Positions 1-13,544 of a stretch of DNA of 64,000 nt are shown here, piece by piece. Both the position numbers and the translations under genes were made by a program. The stretch's first letter is position 1, and each line of letters starts with the position of its first letter. The stretch spans positions 95,604,001-95,668,000 of the forward strand of contig OZ024742.1 of the NCBI GenBank assembly GCA_964016885.1, written 5' to 3'. The notes beneath the pieces were generated by a model that saw only the letters and a list, made by a program, of their open reading frames with translations, had not been told where the DNA came from and did no database searches. The DNA is from Eledone cirrhosa. Taxonomy: Eukaryota.

Positions 1-1945
1 AAAGTAACAGTTCACTGTTACTTTATGTTGTGGCTTTCTTGAATTTATTTTGGCTTATTTCATTCTGAGTTTAGATCCTGCCAAGGTTAATTTTGGCATT
101 CATCTTTTTCAAGATTGATGAATAAAGTACCAATTTCAGATGGTGAATTGGTGGAATTATAAGAATGCTTAAAGTACCTTGTGGTAATTTTTCTGAGATT
201 TTGTATTCTGTGTTCAAATGCAATTGTGGCCTACCAACCACCATAGAAAGGATTGGATCCCTAACATATAAACACCCATCATTAATCATTGACAGCATTA
301 AAATAATCCATGTTACACAACCTGATAAGCGGAGATGATATCTGACGATGTGTTCTTTATACTGATTAGTCAGAGTGACACAGATCAGGGCCTATAGAAC
401 TGGAGGAAATGATTGGCTTCAACGATGAATGTTCCAGTTGATCAATCAATGGAATGGTCTGCTGTGAGTGGCTGAGCATTCTACAAACTGGTGTACTTAT
501 AGTAATGCTCAGGGATATTCAGCATGACTCTGTGACTGATGAAATTGGCCTCTTGAATTACAAGTAGGGTAGTTAATTTGAGAGGCTTCTAAATAGTTAA
601 ACAGTTTATAGTTACCTAGTTTCACTCACATGGCATGGGTCAATTCGAGGCCAAGATAAATACGACTTGCTGAAGATGACCTGCAGTGGGATTGACCCTG
701 GGACCTAATGATTGTGAAGAAAACCTCTCAAACATTTGGTTATACTAAGTCCATACACAACAAAATTAACTGTGCAAAACATATACATGGGCCAGGTGGT
801 AGTGTTAAAAGAGACACTGGAGAGAGAATTCCAGCTGGAATCAGCCAGTTTAAATGCTAAAGTGTTAAGTATACCTTATTCACTTCTTTCCACCAATCTC
901 AAAACATGGTCATGGACATTGACCTTTTCTCCTCTGACTGATCTTTATAAGTAAGTAAACAAAATGAATGAATGACAAAGATAAATTCAGTGGGATTCAG
1001 AGAATTCAGTGCAGAGAGGTTGATCGATACAACAAGGCATTTTGTCATATATTCTAACGACTCTAACAATTCACCTGATTGTTGTCATCTTCTGTTTCTC
1101 TTACTCCTCCTCTTTAACTGACAGCTTGACTTTTACATGAAACAAAAAGCAAAAAGGAAAAATAAGTATGAAATTACAAACAGATAACTATTGACTTTAA
1201 AGGAAAATGAAATATAAAAAAAAATGTTTTCAACAATTAAACTGTTTTGCATCAATCATTACATCAACTGTATGTTTATTTCCATCATAACAACAACAAC
1301 AACAGTCTAAAGAATTTCTTAGATCTTAGCAATAGTTTGATAAATTGCTGGAATTGACAAAGAAAACACTGAAATTCTTTCTTAGCAATATTGCTGAAAG
1401 TTATAAATACCTATGTATAAATATACTGAAGGTGCTCAGATTAATTCTTAGGGTATTGGACTTTCAATTGTAATGTTATGGGCTCAAATCCAAGACCAGG
1501 TAGTGCATTGTCTTTTTTTTAACTGACACACTTTATTTCACATTACTCCAGCGAAAAATGAGTAAACAGCAGTTGGGTGTTAACCCTGTAATTAACATCC
1601 TGTCTTGTACATTTATTTATGAAACCTGGATAAACTCTGGTCTGAGTAGCCTCAAGGCTTGGGACAGACTATAACTTAATTAATATAGTGAATCTTTTTA
1701 ACGTTCACACGATAGTCTACATTTTAACATGGATGAAATAATAAAGCTATGCTGTTGTGATGTCTAATGCCATATTATAATCAAGTATCTTTTAATTCCT
1801 GATGATATGTCTGCCAAGAGAACAATGATATATCTATGTTATACATATGCACTTATATACACACACATAAATTATGATATTGCATATACTGAGATTCACT
1901 CAGACATGCGTATCAATGCATATATAATAATAATAATAATAATAA

Positions 1946-1976
<31 letters not shown>

Positions 1977-2652
1977 GGAAGAAGACGCACGAGGTGACGG
2001 AGGTCATGAAATCGCTCCCGTAAGTTTTGAATTTTTAACATATTTAAATCATTTGTGAAATAACAACTCTTAGTACAAATGCTACGTAAAGCACCCGGCT
2101 TGAGCCCCAAAAAATTCGGACCCAAAATATATTGTTATAAGGCTCAAATATTCAAATATTGTACACTGTATATCCAAAAAAAATAAAATGGCTATAAATG
2201 GAAGAAGAAGAACCCCCCCCCCCCTCCTCTCCTCTGGCTACACTATATAGGACAGCTAAACTCACCAACACCAGAAACTAGATACACCACCCACCCCATC
2301 ATCTGTGTACACTAAACACAACAGCATTTTCACCTTCACCGCCACCGCTCACTACGGCCATCATTACCACCACTATCCCATCACCGCCGCCACCACCCCT
2401 TGACTCCTTCACTGATGCTGCCACCGCTACAGCACCATCACTACAGTAATACGGTCGCATCACCGCCACCACTGCCTCGGTATCGACATCACCACCACCA
2501 CTGTCTCAGTATCGCCAACGCCGCCAGTCTCTGCTGGCTGCCACTTCCACATTATAGAATTCCTACTACTAACAAAGAGGAAGGCATCAAAATATATAGA
2601 TAGACTCAAAAGAAAAAAGAAAAAACAAACAACAAAACCAAAGCAGCACAGC

Positions 2653-2692
<40 letters not shown>

Positions 2693-2929
2693 GAGAAAAA
2701 CAAACAGAGAAAAACAAAAACAAAAAAAGAAACCCCAAAAACGTAAAGAAAATAAGAATGAAGAGAGAAGCAGGCGGACGGACAGAGAAGAGGGGGGAAA
2801 AAGTAAAACTTAAAAAACAAAAACTAAGTCAGACATTCGAATACTACATTACAATGAAACTTATGCTTATTCATTTTTGGGGCCCTTTCTGCCCGTGTGT
2901 TTGTTTGTTTATGTGTGTCCGTATACAGC

Positions 2930-5900
2930 GTGGTGATAATGCCACACAAGGGCCAAGTGGGATGGCGGATCCACAGATGGCTATGTAAACATACGTTCGC
3001 CAATCCTCGATAAGAGTGTTTAAATATCGAACATAAACAGTTCGAATAACGGTGAAATGGAGACTAGAACGTCATGTGACAGACTCTCACCAAACAGGTG
3101 CCCCCTGGCTCAGCAGCAGGAACCTGACTGTCAACCAAATACTGCTGATGTTGGAGGAAGAAGAAGAAGGAAAGGGGCCAGAACCAACTGGACGAAAGAA
3201 TTGAATAGAACTGTTATGCAATGCTACCTGAAAAGTAACCCCAAGGAGAGGGGCTACAGGAGACGGATGCATAACATCTGGAACGAGATTGGTTTATTTA
3301 AATTAGATGAACAAAAATTGGCCGGGCAGGCTCGGGTAATAAGAACTAATGGGTGGATAAGCGAGCTGGAACTGGAGGAACTGAGCAGAGAGAATGGCTT
3401 GGAGATGGCGGGTGTAGTATGCCAGACAAGCGAGCCGGCGGGAAATGAAGGTGAGGAGGTCCTGAGAACGGAGGAACCATCCGAAGCAGACAATGATCTG
3501 AATACTGAGATAAATAATACCTGGAACAGAGATACGGCCACTGAGGAGATGAATGCTGACGGGCTAGGACAAGATTCGGTTGACATCCTAAATTTAGTGG
3601 TAGATGAGTTGAACAATGATAGTGGGAGACCTATGAACCTAAGATTTGTAGACAGGAAAAAGTTAAAAGAAACAACAGCTAAGGTAAACAAAGTCATCCC
3701 ATACCTTGAGGCGAGGAGTCTTCACCAGTGCAACAATATCCTCAAAGCAACAGCAAATACGGTGAGGAAACTACTTGGTATAAAAGCGAGAGGAAACAAC
3801 AGACAAGAAAGAGCAGGGCCGTGGTGGAAGAAGCGACTGAGTGGGCAAATCGGGGAAATGAGAAATGACATAGGAAAGCTTGAGTCACTACTGAATGGGA
3901 CACTAAAAAACATAGGCACTAAAAATAGACTGGAAATAAAATACAAAACTAGGAGTAAAAAGCTAAATATTATCATAGAGGAATTGAAGCAACGCATTGT
4001 AGCAAAGAGTGCCAAAATCAGGCGATACGAGAACAGAGTCAGTCAGTATAAACAGAACCGCATGTTCGACAACAACCAGAAGATGCTGTTTGGACAGCTT
4101 GAGGGGAAAGAAAGAGGCAACGACTTGATCCCTGGGGCGGAACAAGCTAAAACATTCTGGAAAGGAATATGGGAGCAGGATGTTAGACACAATGCCCAGG
4201 CAGGGTGGATTGAGACAGTACAGAGGGAGATCGGTGAGCAGGCACAACAACAGACTGATTTGAGTATCACAGTTGAAACTCTTAAGGGGCAAGCCAAAAA
4301 ACTAACCAACTGGAAATCACCAGGCCCAGATGGTGTGCAGGGGTATTGGATTAAACATTTAACATCCCTCCACCCGAAGCTGACGGCCATGTTCAATGAC
4401 TGCTTGGTGTCGGGTGAGGTGCCAGAGTGGTTGACAAAAGGTACCACAGTTCTGATAATGAAAGACCGAAGCAAGGGTAATGATGTTACCAACTATAGAC
4501 CTATCACATGTCTGCCCGTAATGTGGAAACTGTTGACGAGCATTGTGTCTGAGGAAATCTACCATCACCTCCACACAAACAACTTGTTACCGGACGAACA
4601 GAAAGGATGCCGAAAGAAGTCACGTGGTACAAAGGACCAGTTGCTTATTGATAAGATGGTAATGGGGAATTGCAGGAGGAGACACACTGATCTTGCCATG
4701 GGATGGATAGACTACAGAAAGGCATTTGACATGGTGCCTCATTCCTGGATCACCAAAAGCCTGGAGATCTTCAGGGTGGCAGATAACATCAGACAGTTGC
4801 TGGGCAGGAGTATGGGGTCCTGGGAGACAGAGTTGACATCAACCGGAGTATCCTTGGGAAGCGTGAAGATCAAGAGAGGTATCTTCCAGGGAGATAGCCT
4901 GTCCCCTCTGTTGTTTGTCCTTGCCCTGATGCCCTTGACCATTATGCTGCGAAAAGTGAGAGCAGGATACAAGTTGGGAAGGGGAGAGCTTACCATCAAT
5001 CATCTCCTCTTCATGGACGATCTTAAGCTCTTCGGGAAAAGTGAGAAGGAGTTGGATGTGCTTGTTGACACTGTCCGTATTTTCAGCAGTGATATATGTA
5101 TGCAGTTTGGTATTGGTAAATGTGGAGTCATTGTGATGAGGAGGGGTAGGTTGAGCAGAAGTAACGGGATCCAGATACCAACAGGTGAGATGATAAAGAA
5201 ATTGACTCTGAGGAAGGATACAAGTATTTGGGCGTTCTGGAGGCTGATGGCATAAAGAACAAAAAAATGAAGGAATTGTTAAGAACTGAATACATTCGGA
5301 GAGTAAGGAGCGTATTGAAGTCACATCTGAACAGCAGAAATGCCATAAGCGCAGTAAATTCCCGAGCTGTGTCTATTATTAGGTACAGTGCGGGAATTCT
5401 GAGATGGAATGTTGCTGAACAAAAAGAAATGGATAGGAAGACTAGGAAGCTATTGACTATCTACAACATGTTCCACAAGAGGAGTGATGTCGATAGACTC
5501 TACCTAAGGAGATCTGAGGGTGGAAGAGGTCTTATCAGCATAGAGGACTGTGTTCAGATGGAGAAAAACAACCTATACAAATACGTGACCTATAGTAAGG
5601 AGCCAATGCTCAGAGCTGTACTGAAGGAGGGGACAGTAGGCCAGGGGATATCCAAGGAGGAAATAACATCAAGGAGGAACAGCAGCCTTAAGGGAAAATC
5701 CCTTCATAGTACCTTCTTTGAGAAAACTGAATTTAGAGATACACAGACATGGAACTGGTTGAGAAGAGGAGACCTCAAAAAGGCTACAGAAGGAATGCTA
5801 ATGGCTGCGCAGGAGCAGGCCCTCAAAACGAAGTGGTTGAAGCACCAAATCTACAAGGAGGAGGCTAGCCCACTGTGCAGGATCTGTGGAGAGAGAGAGG

Positions 5901-6583
5901 AGACTGTGGCCCACATTGTGTCCGAGTGTAAACACCTAGCCCAGACCCACTATAAGGGCTGGAGACACGATGTGATGGGCAGGGTGATCCACTGGCACCT
6001 GTGCAAAGTAAACAATCTACCACATTCTGAGAAATGGTATGAGCATAGGCCAGAGGCGGTGATGGAGAACAGTCAGGTGAAGGTGCTGTGGGATTTTAGG
6101 ATACAGACGGACAAAAAACTGGAACACAATAGACCTGACCTGGTGGTTGTGGACAAAGAAAAAAGATCGTGCCTGATTGTGGATGTGGCCTGCCCGTTCG
6201 ACACGAGAGTGCAAGAGAAGGAGAGGGAGAAAATTAACCGATACCAGGACCTAAAGTGGGAGGTGAAAAGGATTTGGAACTGCCATGAAGTCAAAGTGAT
6301 CCCGATTGTCATAGGCGCACTGGGGACTAGCTCCAAAGGTTTCCAGGGATGGTTAAAGAAAATCGGCCCCTTCACGCTTTTTGGAACGCTTCAAAAGGCA
6401 TGCTTGCTTGGAACGGCAAGAACCCTCCGATACGTCCTGAATATCTGAGGCTGCAGGTAGTGGCTTGATATTCAATCCAACGGACTTTCCAGTTAACCAA
6501 CATCAATGACTGAGATTCAAGGAATAACAATAACAATAATAATAATAATAATAATAATAATAATTCAATAATAATTCAATAAT
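2930..6583 (+). mobile_element. R4/Dong-clade non-LTR retrotransposon, apparently full length, (AAT)n tail
   Basis: RT motifs (KSPGPDG, YRPITCL, WIDYRKAFD, QGDSLSP, FMDD), then a CxxC-x8-H-x4-C knuckle, RHD and a restriction-like endonuclease (RPDLVV...IVDV...K...KY-like). Ends LQKACLLGTARTLR, short 3'UTR, (AAT)n. 5' boundary approximate. Confidence 0.93.
3057..6448 (+). pseudogene. Dong RT-RLE ORF (~1130 aa if repaired) split by one frameshift near 5195
   Basis: ORFs 3057-5255 and 5228-6448 join as MIK-EIDSEEGYKYLGVLEA if one base is restored. No other lesion seen. Confidence 0.88.
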
Positions 6584-6584
6584 A

Positions 6585-7655
6585 AAACAACATGTTCCAC
6601 AAGAGGAGTGATGTCGATAGACTCTACCTAAGGAGATCTGAGGGTGGAAGAGGTCTTATCAGCATAGAGGACTGTGTTCAGCTGGAGAAAAACAACCTAT
6701 ACAAATACGTGACCTATAGTAAGGAGCCAATGCTCAAAACTGTACTGAAGGAGGGGACAGTAGGCCAGGGGATGTCCAAGGAGGAAATAACATCAAGGAG
6801 GAAGAGCAGCCTTAAGGGAAAATCCCTTCATAGTACCTTCTTTGAGAAAACTGAATTTAGAGATCCACAGACATGGAACTGGTTGAGAAGAGGAGACCTC
6901 AAAAAGGCTACAGAAGGAATGATAATGGCTGCGCAGGAGCAGGCCCTCAAAACGAAGTGGTTGAAGCACCATATTTACAAGGAGGAGGCTAGCCCACTGT
7001 GCAGGATCTGTGGAGAGAGAGAGGAGACTGTGGCTCACATTGTATCCAAGTGTAAACACCTAGCCCAGACCCACTATAAGGGCTGGAGACACGATGTGAT
7101 GGGCAGGGTGATCCACTGGCACCTGTGCAAAGTAAACAATTTACCACATTCTGAGAAATGGTATGAGCATAGGCCGGAGGCGGTGGTGGAGAACAATCAG
7201 GTGAAGGTGCTGTGGGATTTTAGGATACAGACGGACAAAAAACTGGAACACAATAGACCTGACCTGGTGGTTGTGGACAAGGAAAAAAGATCGTGTCTGA
7301 TTGTGGATGTGGCTTGCCCGTTCGACACGAGAGTGCAAGAGAAGGAGAGGGAGAAAATTAACCGATACCAGGACCTAAAGTGGGAGGTGAAAAGGATTTG
7401 GAACTGCCATGAAGTCAAAGTGATCCCGATTGTCATAGGCGCACTGGGGACTATCTCCAAAAGTTTCCAGGGATGGTTAAAGAAAATCGGCCCCTTCACG
7501 CTTTTTGGAACGCTTCAAAAGGCATGCTTGCTTGGAACAGCAAGAACCCTCCGATACGTCCTGAATATCTGAGGCTGCAGGTAGTGGCTTGATATTCATT
7601 CCAACGGACTTTCCAGTTAACCAACATCAATGACTGAGATTCAAGGAATAACAAC

Positions 7656-7700
<45 letters not shown>
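6585..7700 (+). mobile_element. 5'-truncated second Dong copy in tandem (ORF 6592-7572: knuckle plus RLE)
   Basis: Near-identical to 5463-6560 with scattered substitutions and its own (AAT)n tail. Confidence 0.93.
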
Positions 7701-7701
<1 letters not shown>

Positions 7702-7704
7702 GTA

Positions 7705-7875
7705 ATGATTTCTACTATAAGCACAAGGCCAACCATTTTGGAGGCGGAGAAAGTCAAATAAATCAAATCCAGTGCATTACTGGCACTTTATTTTATTGGC
7801 CCCATAAGGATGAAAGGCAAAATTAACTTCGGCAGGATTTGTACTCAAAACGTCTGACGCTCTACTGATACTGAT
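7705..7875 (-). mobile_element. tRNA-derived SINE with Meta/MESC-like core
   Basis: Reverse complement of the core TTTGCCTTTCATCCTTATGGG...AAAATAAAGT...CAG that recurs throughout the window. Confidence 0.75.
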
Positions 7876-8377
7876 AATAATAATGATAATGATGAAGTAT
7901 AAGACAGTGTGTTGGAATCATTACATAATTTTATTACATCATTGCTGTTATATGCAGTTTAATAGTACCAATTATGCAATAGATATGACCTCATGAGACT
8001 ATTATATACATATTTTTAGCCATCTTATGATTTTCAGTATGGGGTTGCATCTGTTGCATAATGTATCGCATAGAGATGCATATAACAGCAATGTTGTAAT
8101 TAATAAATTGATGTAAGATTCCAACATACTACCTTATTTGCCATTATCAAACAAAAACTCCATCGTACATGAAGTTTTCTAATTACACCACTGTCTGGAA
8201 AGTATACTATGTTGAGTGCTTAATTCTACATACACATATATTAGTTGATTAATATGTACAACTGGGAAGCAATAATAGATTCACGAAAATGAATGGATCA
8301 AACATATATATATATCTGAAAAAGCGCTGGCCAACCTATGCAAACATGGAAAAATAGACGTAAATACGATGATGATG

Positions 8378-8443
<66 letters not shown>

Positions 8444-8646
8444 TATGTACACGTACATACATATATGTATACCGACGTACAGTAGTATGTATATATATAT
8501 ATACATACATGCACACATATATATATGCACGTATGGATTCACCAAGTATTTATTATAATGCTCGGTGTGTTTGTAAACAAACATCCCGTATTAAGCCGTA
8601 GTGTCTAGCAACCACCGTTGCTCGTTTGTTCAACACTGACAAAGGA

Positions 8647-8689
8647 ACGCTGTACTAGTTTCAAGCTTGTTAGCTATCGTCAGCAACGT
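8647..8689 (-). ncRNA. Minimal type-I hammerhead ribozyme (family A)
   Basis: Exact reverse complement of 8862-8904. Confidence 0.85.
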
Positions 8690-8861
8690 ATACCTTCCTG
8701 CAAGATTGTTGAACGTATATACTTACCTTATGCATATTAACGGCTGAGTAGCCCAATTTGCATATCGAGTGGGTTAATCGGCCAGGTGCACCGAAAACGA
8801 TTATATGCCGTTAATATGCATAAGGTAAGTATATACGTTCAACAATCTGGCAGGAAGGTAT

Positions 8862-8904
8862 ACGTTGCTGACGATAGCTAACAAGCTTGAAACTAGTACA
8901 GCGT
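8862..8904 (+). ncRNA. Minimal type-I hammerhead ribozyme (family A)
   Basis: acgttg-CTGACGA-t-agc-taacaa-gct-t-GAAA-ctag-T-A-cagcgt. Stem I acgttg/cagcgt, palindromic CTAG loop III, GUA triplet. Confidence 0.85.
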
Positions 8905-9167
8905 TCCTTTGTCAGTGTTGAACAAACGAGCAACGGTGGTTGCTAGACACTACGGCTTAATACGGGATGTTTGTTTACAAACACACCGAGCATTATAATA
9001 AATACTCGGTGAATCCATACGTGCATATATATATGTGTGCATGTATGTATATATATATATACATACTACTGTACGTCGGTATACATATATGTATGTACGT
9101 GTACATACTTATATTTAAGTAACAGCCGTACTAAGAGTGGGAAATGAAATATCGTTTCATTTTTTCC

Positions 9168-9213
<46 letters not shown>

Positions 9214-9894
9214 GTTAAATATAGTCCATGGTTACTTTTAATATATAGAATGAATATTGCTAGAATAATTTTGATTGTAGGTCTGAATAATCAGAACTGG
9301 CCTAGTATCAAATAACAACCATAAAAACAGCAAGAAGGAACCAATGAAAGAACCTCTTCAGAGTGCATATTCTGTTAGAAATAGCAGGCAAATATCTCTC
9401 AAATCCCATACTACTGTCTATAAAAGAGAAGAACCATTCTATAATATAGTCAAAACAAGGGATGGTCTTTGCTGGAATATCATTGATCATTGGTCTGAAT
9501 AATCAGCCATGACCTCGAGCTAAACAGCAAAACAACTACAAAATCAACAGCAGTAACAAGAAGGGGTCGGAACTGAACAAGTTGTTTATGTTCTTCTCAA
9601 ATCAACATTTCATACACAATATTGCCGAGCAGTTTCTGACAAAAATTGCCTTTAGACAGATTAAGACGGATGTGCCGTTAGACAAAAATGCAATTAGAGT
9701 GAAAGTACTTTTAAGAAAGCAAAACTGATTCTAGCTAGATCAAAGTGCTTTATACACAAGAGTTTTCTACAAATATGCTTTAAGCAAATGTACTTAAACA
9801 CGCATACATGTATACATACCTACCTACCTACAAACATATATAACAGTGTGTGTGTCTATGCACTGTATACAATGTGTGCATATGTATGTATGCA

Positions 9895-9935
<41 letters not shown>

Positions 9936-10020
9936 GTATATGTATATGTATATATATATGTATGTATATATGTACATATATATATGTGTATATATATACG
10001 ATGATGATGATATACACATG

Positions 10021-10105
<85 letters not shown>

Positions 10106-10807
10106 AAACAGACACATTCATACTTTATACATGTCTATATATTCTATCATTTAGATATAAATCAGAGAAATTTAGAAAATAATAGAGTATTTATTGCTGT
10201 GTTATATAACCGATGAGTCCTTTATTTATCTCTGATACTATTTTGAAATAATGCTGCCACCCTCTTGTGAATGTTAATTGATTAGCAGAGAACTCTCTAG
10301 CAAAGGTCAATTTAACTGGAGGCAAAGCCCCGTTGAAGGATATGTATGCATATATAATCTGGTTAGGAGAAATATATAGTAATTAACACAAATGTTTTAG
10401 ACTTATTTCATGGGGATATATGTATGTCTGAGCATGTATATATCTGTATGTATATAAAGATAAATAGATAAATATGTTGGTGTATGTATGTGTATGAATG
10501 TATGTAAGTATGTATGTATGTATGTATGTATTTATATATATATATATATAAAGATAGATAGATAAATATATGTTTGTATGTATATGTGTATGTACATGTA
10601 TATATAAGTATGTATATATGTGTATGTATATACACATATATATATGCACTTATATATAATTACCTTATTCTTTAGGGCAGTATAATGGCATGTCAACTTA
10701 CAGAACTCAAATCTATAATAGCAGGTAAGAGATTGCTACAATCATATGTTTGTAATAATCAACTTCATAAGAAATTATATATATATATGTGTGTGTGTGT
10801 GTATATA

Positions 10808-11330
10808 TTGTTATATTTGGGGATGGTAATGTTGGGAATATTGCCAATAGAAAGAAACACTCACACCATATAATTTTCCCTTTATCTTTATTGTTTGTTA
10901 TTCATTTGTCTATAGAACAATGCACTAGGAAGCAGAATGGGACGCAACATCTCAGTAATAAATCTACAGAGAACCGAAATAAACGCATACAATTCAAAAG
11001 GAATGGAGAGATTGTGTGTTTCCCCACAGATAAATCGGGCAGAATGTCAATAGACAGCCTGTGAAACTATATCCAAACAACCTGAACATGAGTGAAACAA
11101 CACCTCAAACACATGACGCAAGAGAAAAAATCCTCAATGTTCATATGATGATGTTGTTCGACATCCTAGAACCAAAATAGCATATGGCTAACGATTTCCA
11201 AGCCTCAAATAATGACATCCCAGCACTTTATGGACTCCGCAAGGATCATAAAATAACCACCAAGAAGACTCATATGTGGAGCAAACATTTCCAACAACTA
11301 TAGGATCTACTTTTTCTCAATGATCAAAGT
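10808..11330 (+). pseudogene. Degenerate Penelope-like element RT fragment with pLTR-like flank
   Basis: Translations PTDKSG and PALYGLRKDHK (11220-11252) match PLE RT N-terminal motifs (ADKG; PxLYGLPKIHK). 10808-10900 resembles 20330-20450(-) and 63636-63690. Confidence 0.65.
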
Positions 11331-11394
11331 AACGTTTTATATAGTGTTAAGCAAATTTGAATTTTGAAAATAATTATGCTTATTGTTGGAAGCT

Positions 11395-11957
11395 ACGGAG
11401 TAGGTTGACCCAGATATACCTGGGATGAGGTGATAAAAGCTGACCATGCACACTTCAACCACTCTAAGACAATAACACAGGTTCGAAATCTTTGGTGCTA
11501 TGCAGTAATACAGAAGACCCGGCTTCCCTTGCGCACAGACTTAAGCTTACACACAGTCGGCACTTCTTAATCCAATATACACCCCACTCCCCCTGCAGCT
11601 CCCTTCCACTTCCACTCACACCAACTTTACTCAGCAAAGTTATGTTGGTACCACAAAACATCCAGCCTACATTGTAAAGTGGTGATGTAGCAGACATGGC
11701 AAAAAGCACCCAGCACACACTGAAAATGTGTTTGGTGTTAGGAACGGCATCCAACCATAGAAAACTAGCCAGAAACAGTCCTATACAAATGAGACACAGT
11801 CTCCCGACCCAATTTGCCTCAAATGGGACAAACCCATGTAACCCATGCTAGCATGAAAGATAGATGTTAAACAATGATGATGATGATAATGGTGGTGGTG
11901 ATGATGATGATGATGATAATGGTGGTGGTGGTGATGATGATGATGATGATGATGATG
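11395..11957 (+). mobile_element. Old RTE LINE 3' end with (GAT)n tail
   Basis: Degenerate GVGRPRKTWD codons, then a 3'UTR homologous to 27000-27364. Confidence 0.75.
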
Positions 11958-12305
11958 TACTCTGCTGCATTATAGGTTCGACCATAAAAATGCTCAAACA
12001 ATTTAGCCATTTAAACCCCATGATAAAGAAGAAAATGATGACTGCAAATGACTGTCAACTTTCTTCCATCTCTTGGAGGTTTATATACCCACCTTTCCTG
12101 ATTGAATAAGATAATTCAAGGTCATAATGAACTCTCTTGCGCAGATGCAATAATAAAATGCACACAGTAGACTTGTTGAAGGGCATTTAGATATAGAAAA
12201 TTATGTCACATAGAGAACATGAGCATAGCATGTTCATTCATGAAATTAGACTGCTGCAGGTTATCTAACGTATCTAAATGATGATGATGACAATGATTAT
12301 ATATA

Positions 12306-13544
12306 CAGGGTGTGAACGATATTTGTTCGCAATTTTCAAATGCTAATTTTTTTTTTTACTTCCGTTGTCACTTTTGTCTTCATAAAAACAGTCACTATAT
12401 TTCCAATGAATAATTTTGAACCTCCAAATTTGTGGAAGAGACACGGAGTTCTTCTTGGAATCCGCGCCGGGGGGACAAATAAGGAAATTTCAGACTTTCT
12501 CAGAGTCAGCAGGAGAATGGTGGAAAAGATCAGAAAAGAATTGGAAGATTCAGGATTCGACTACGAAGCAACATCAGAGAGGAAAACACATGATCGGAGA
12601 TCTGACGCCTTCAGAACGCCCGAGCTCGTCGCTGAAGTTCGGGATATCATCAACAATGAACCTAGCAAGTCGATGCGTGCCATTGCAATGGAGAAAGGAG
12701 TGCATGAAAAGCTCATTAGGCTTGTGGTACATGAAAACATTTGCTACGTTTCATACAAGATGAGGAAAGGACAATTTGTATCAAAGGCGATGTAAGAAAA
12801 GCGGCTGAAGCACGCAAAGAAGCTGATCAACAAGTTGAAACACCCACTGGAGCCAGATATGCTGTGGTTTTTCTCTGACGAGAAAAACTTCTGCCAAGAC
12901 CAGAAGATCAACTGCCAGAACAACAGGTGGCTCGCTGTCTCATCCAAAGACGTGCCCATAGTCATGCAGATAAAGTTTCCAGTGACAACATTGGTCTTAG
13001 GTGTCGTCAGCAGTCAAGGTGACGTCATGCCACCTCACTACTTCCCTGAGGGTTTCGAGCTGAACACCGATGGCTACATCCACGTTCTGAGCGAGGTAGC
13101 TGCAGGTAGGCCGTATGTGTGGCAGCATGACACAGCGCTCTGCCATACCAGCCGAAAGACCCAAGCCTGGCTGTCAGAGAACTTCGTCAACCACACTTCA
13201 CCTGACATCTGGCCTCCCAGCTCGCCTGACTGCAACCCCCTCGACTTCTTTGTGTGGGGCGTAGTGGAACGAGACACCAACAGATCTAGCTGCAATACGA
13301 AAGATGATCTGAAGGCCAGGATCACAAGTGCCTTTAGGGGCCTAAGTCGGGGGACTGTGACGAAGGCCTGTAGCCGTTTCCGAGGCCGTCATCAAAGCCA
13401 ATGGCGGGTTTATCGAGTGAGATCGAAAGAACAAGTCATGAAGACAAACTGACCCAAGATTGATAAATATATCTTAAAAAATAAAACTACTGTGTTATCT
13501 TTTCCTAGACAGTAATCTTGCGAACAAATATCGTCCGCGCCCTG
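12306..13544 (+). mobile_element. Tc1/mariner DD37D (maT-type) transposon, defective
   Basis: ~25-bp TIRs CAGGGTGTGAACGATATTTGTTCGCAA / TTGCGAACAAATATCGTCCGCGCCCTG in TA context. Motifs FSDEKNF and WQHD-x37-D (WPPSSPDCNPLD). In-frame stop at 12793. Confidence 0.92.

Larger units (their letters stand above)
8440..9171. mobile_element. Non-coding hammerhead repeat (family A), inverted arms 8440-8744 / 8807-9112, inside (TA)n
   Basis: Near-perfect inverted duplication, homologous to 27380-28235 and 54418-55510. Confidence 0.9.

Noticed and set aside
2930-3056. HDV-like ribozyme in the Dong 5'UTR
   Set aside because: Hairpins are present (ttcgcc/ggtgaa, tcgaac/gttcga), but I could not build the P1/P1.1 pseudoknot or place the catalytic C. 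An RNArobo or Infernal search would settle it.
3254-5346. Minus-strand ORFs over the Dong element
   Set aside because: Antisense shadows of the RT ORF.
10205-10260. CCGATGAGTCC...GAAA hammerhead-like text
   Set aside because: Core mutated and stems do not pair. At most a decayed relic.
9788-10649. YI/HT-repeat ORFs here and at many other (TA)n/(CA)n tracts
   Set aside because: Translations of dinucleotide microsatellites.
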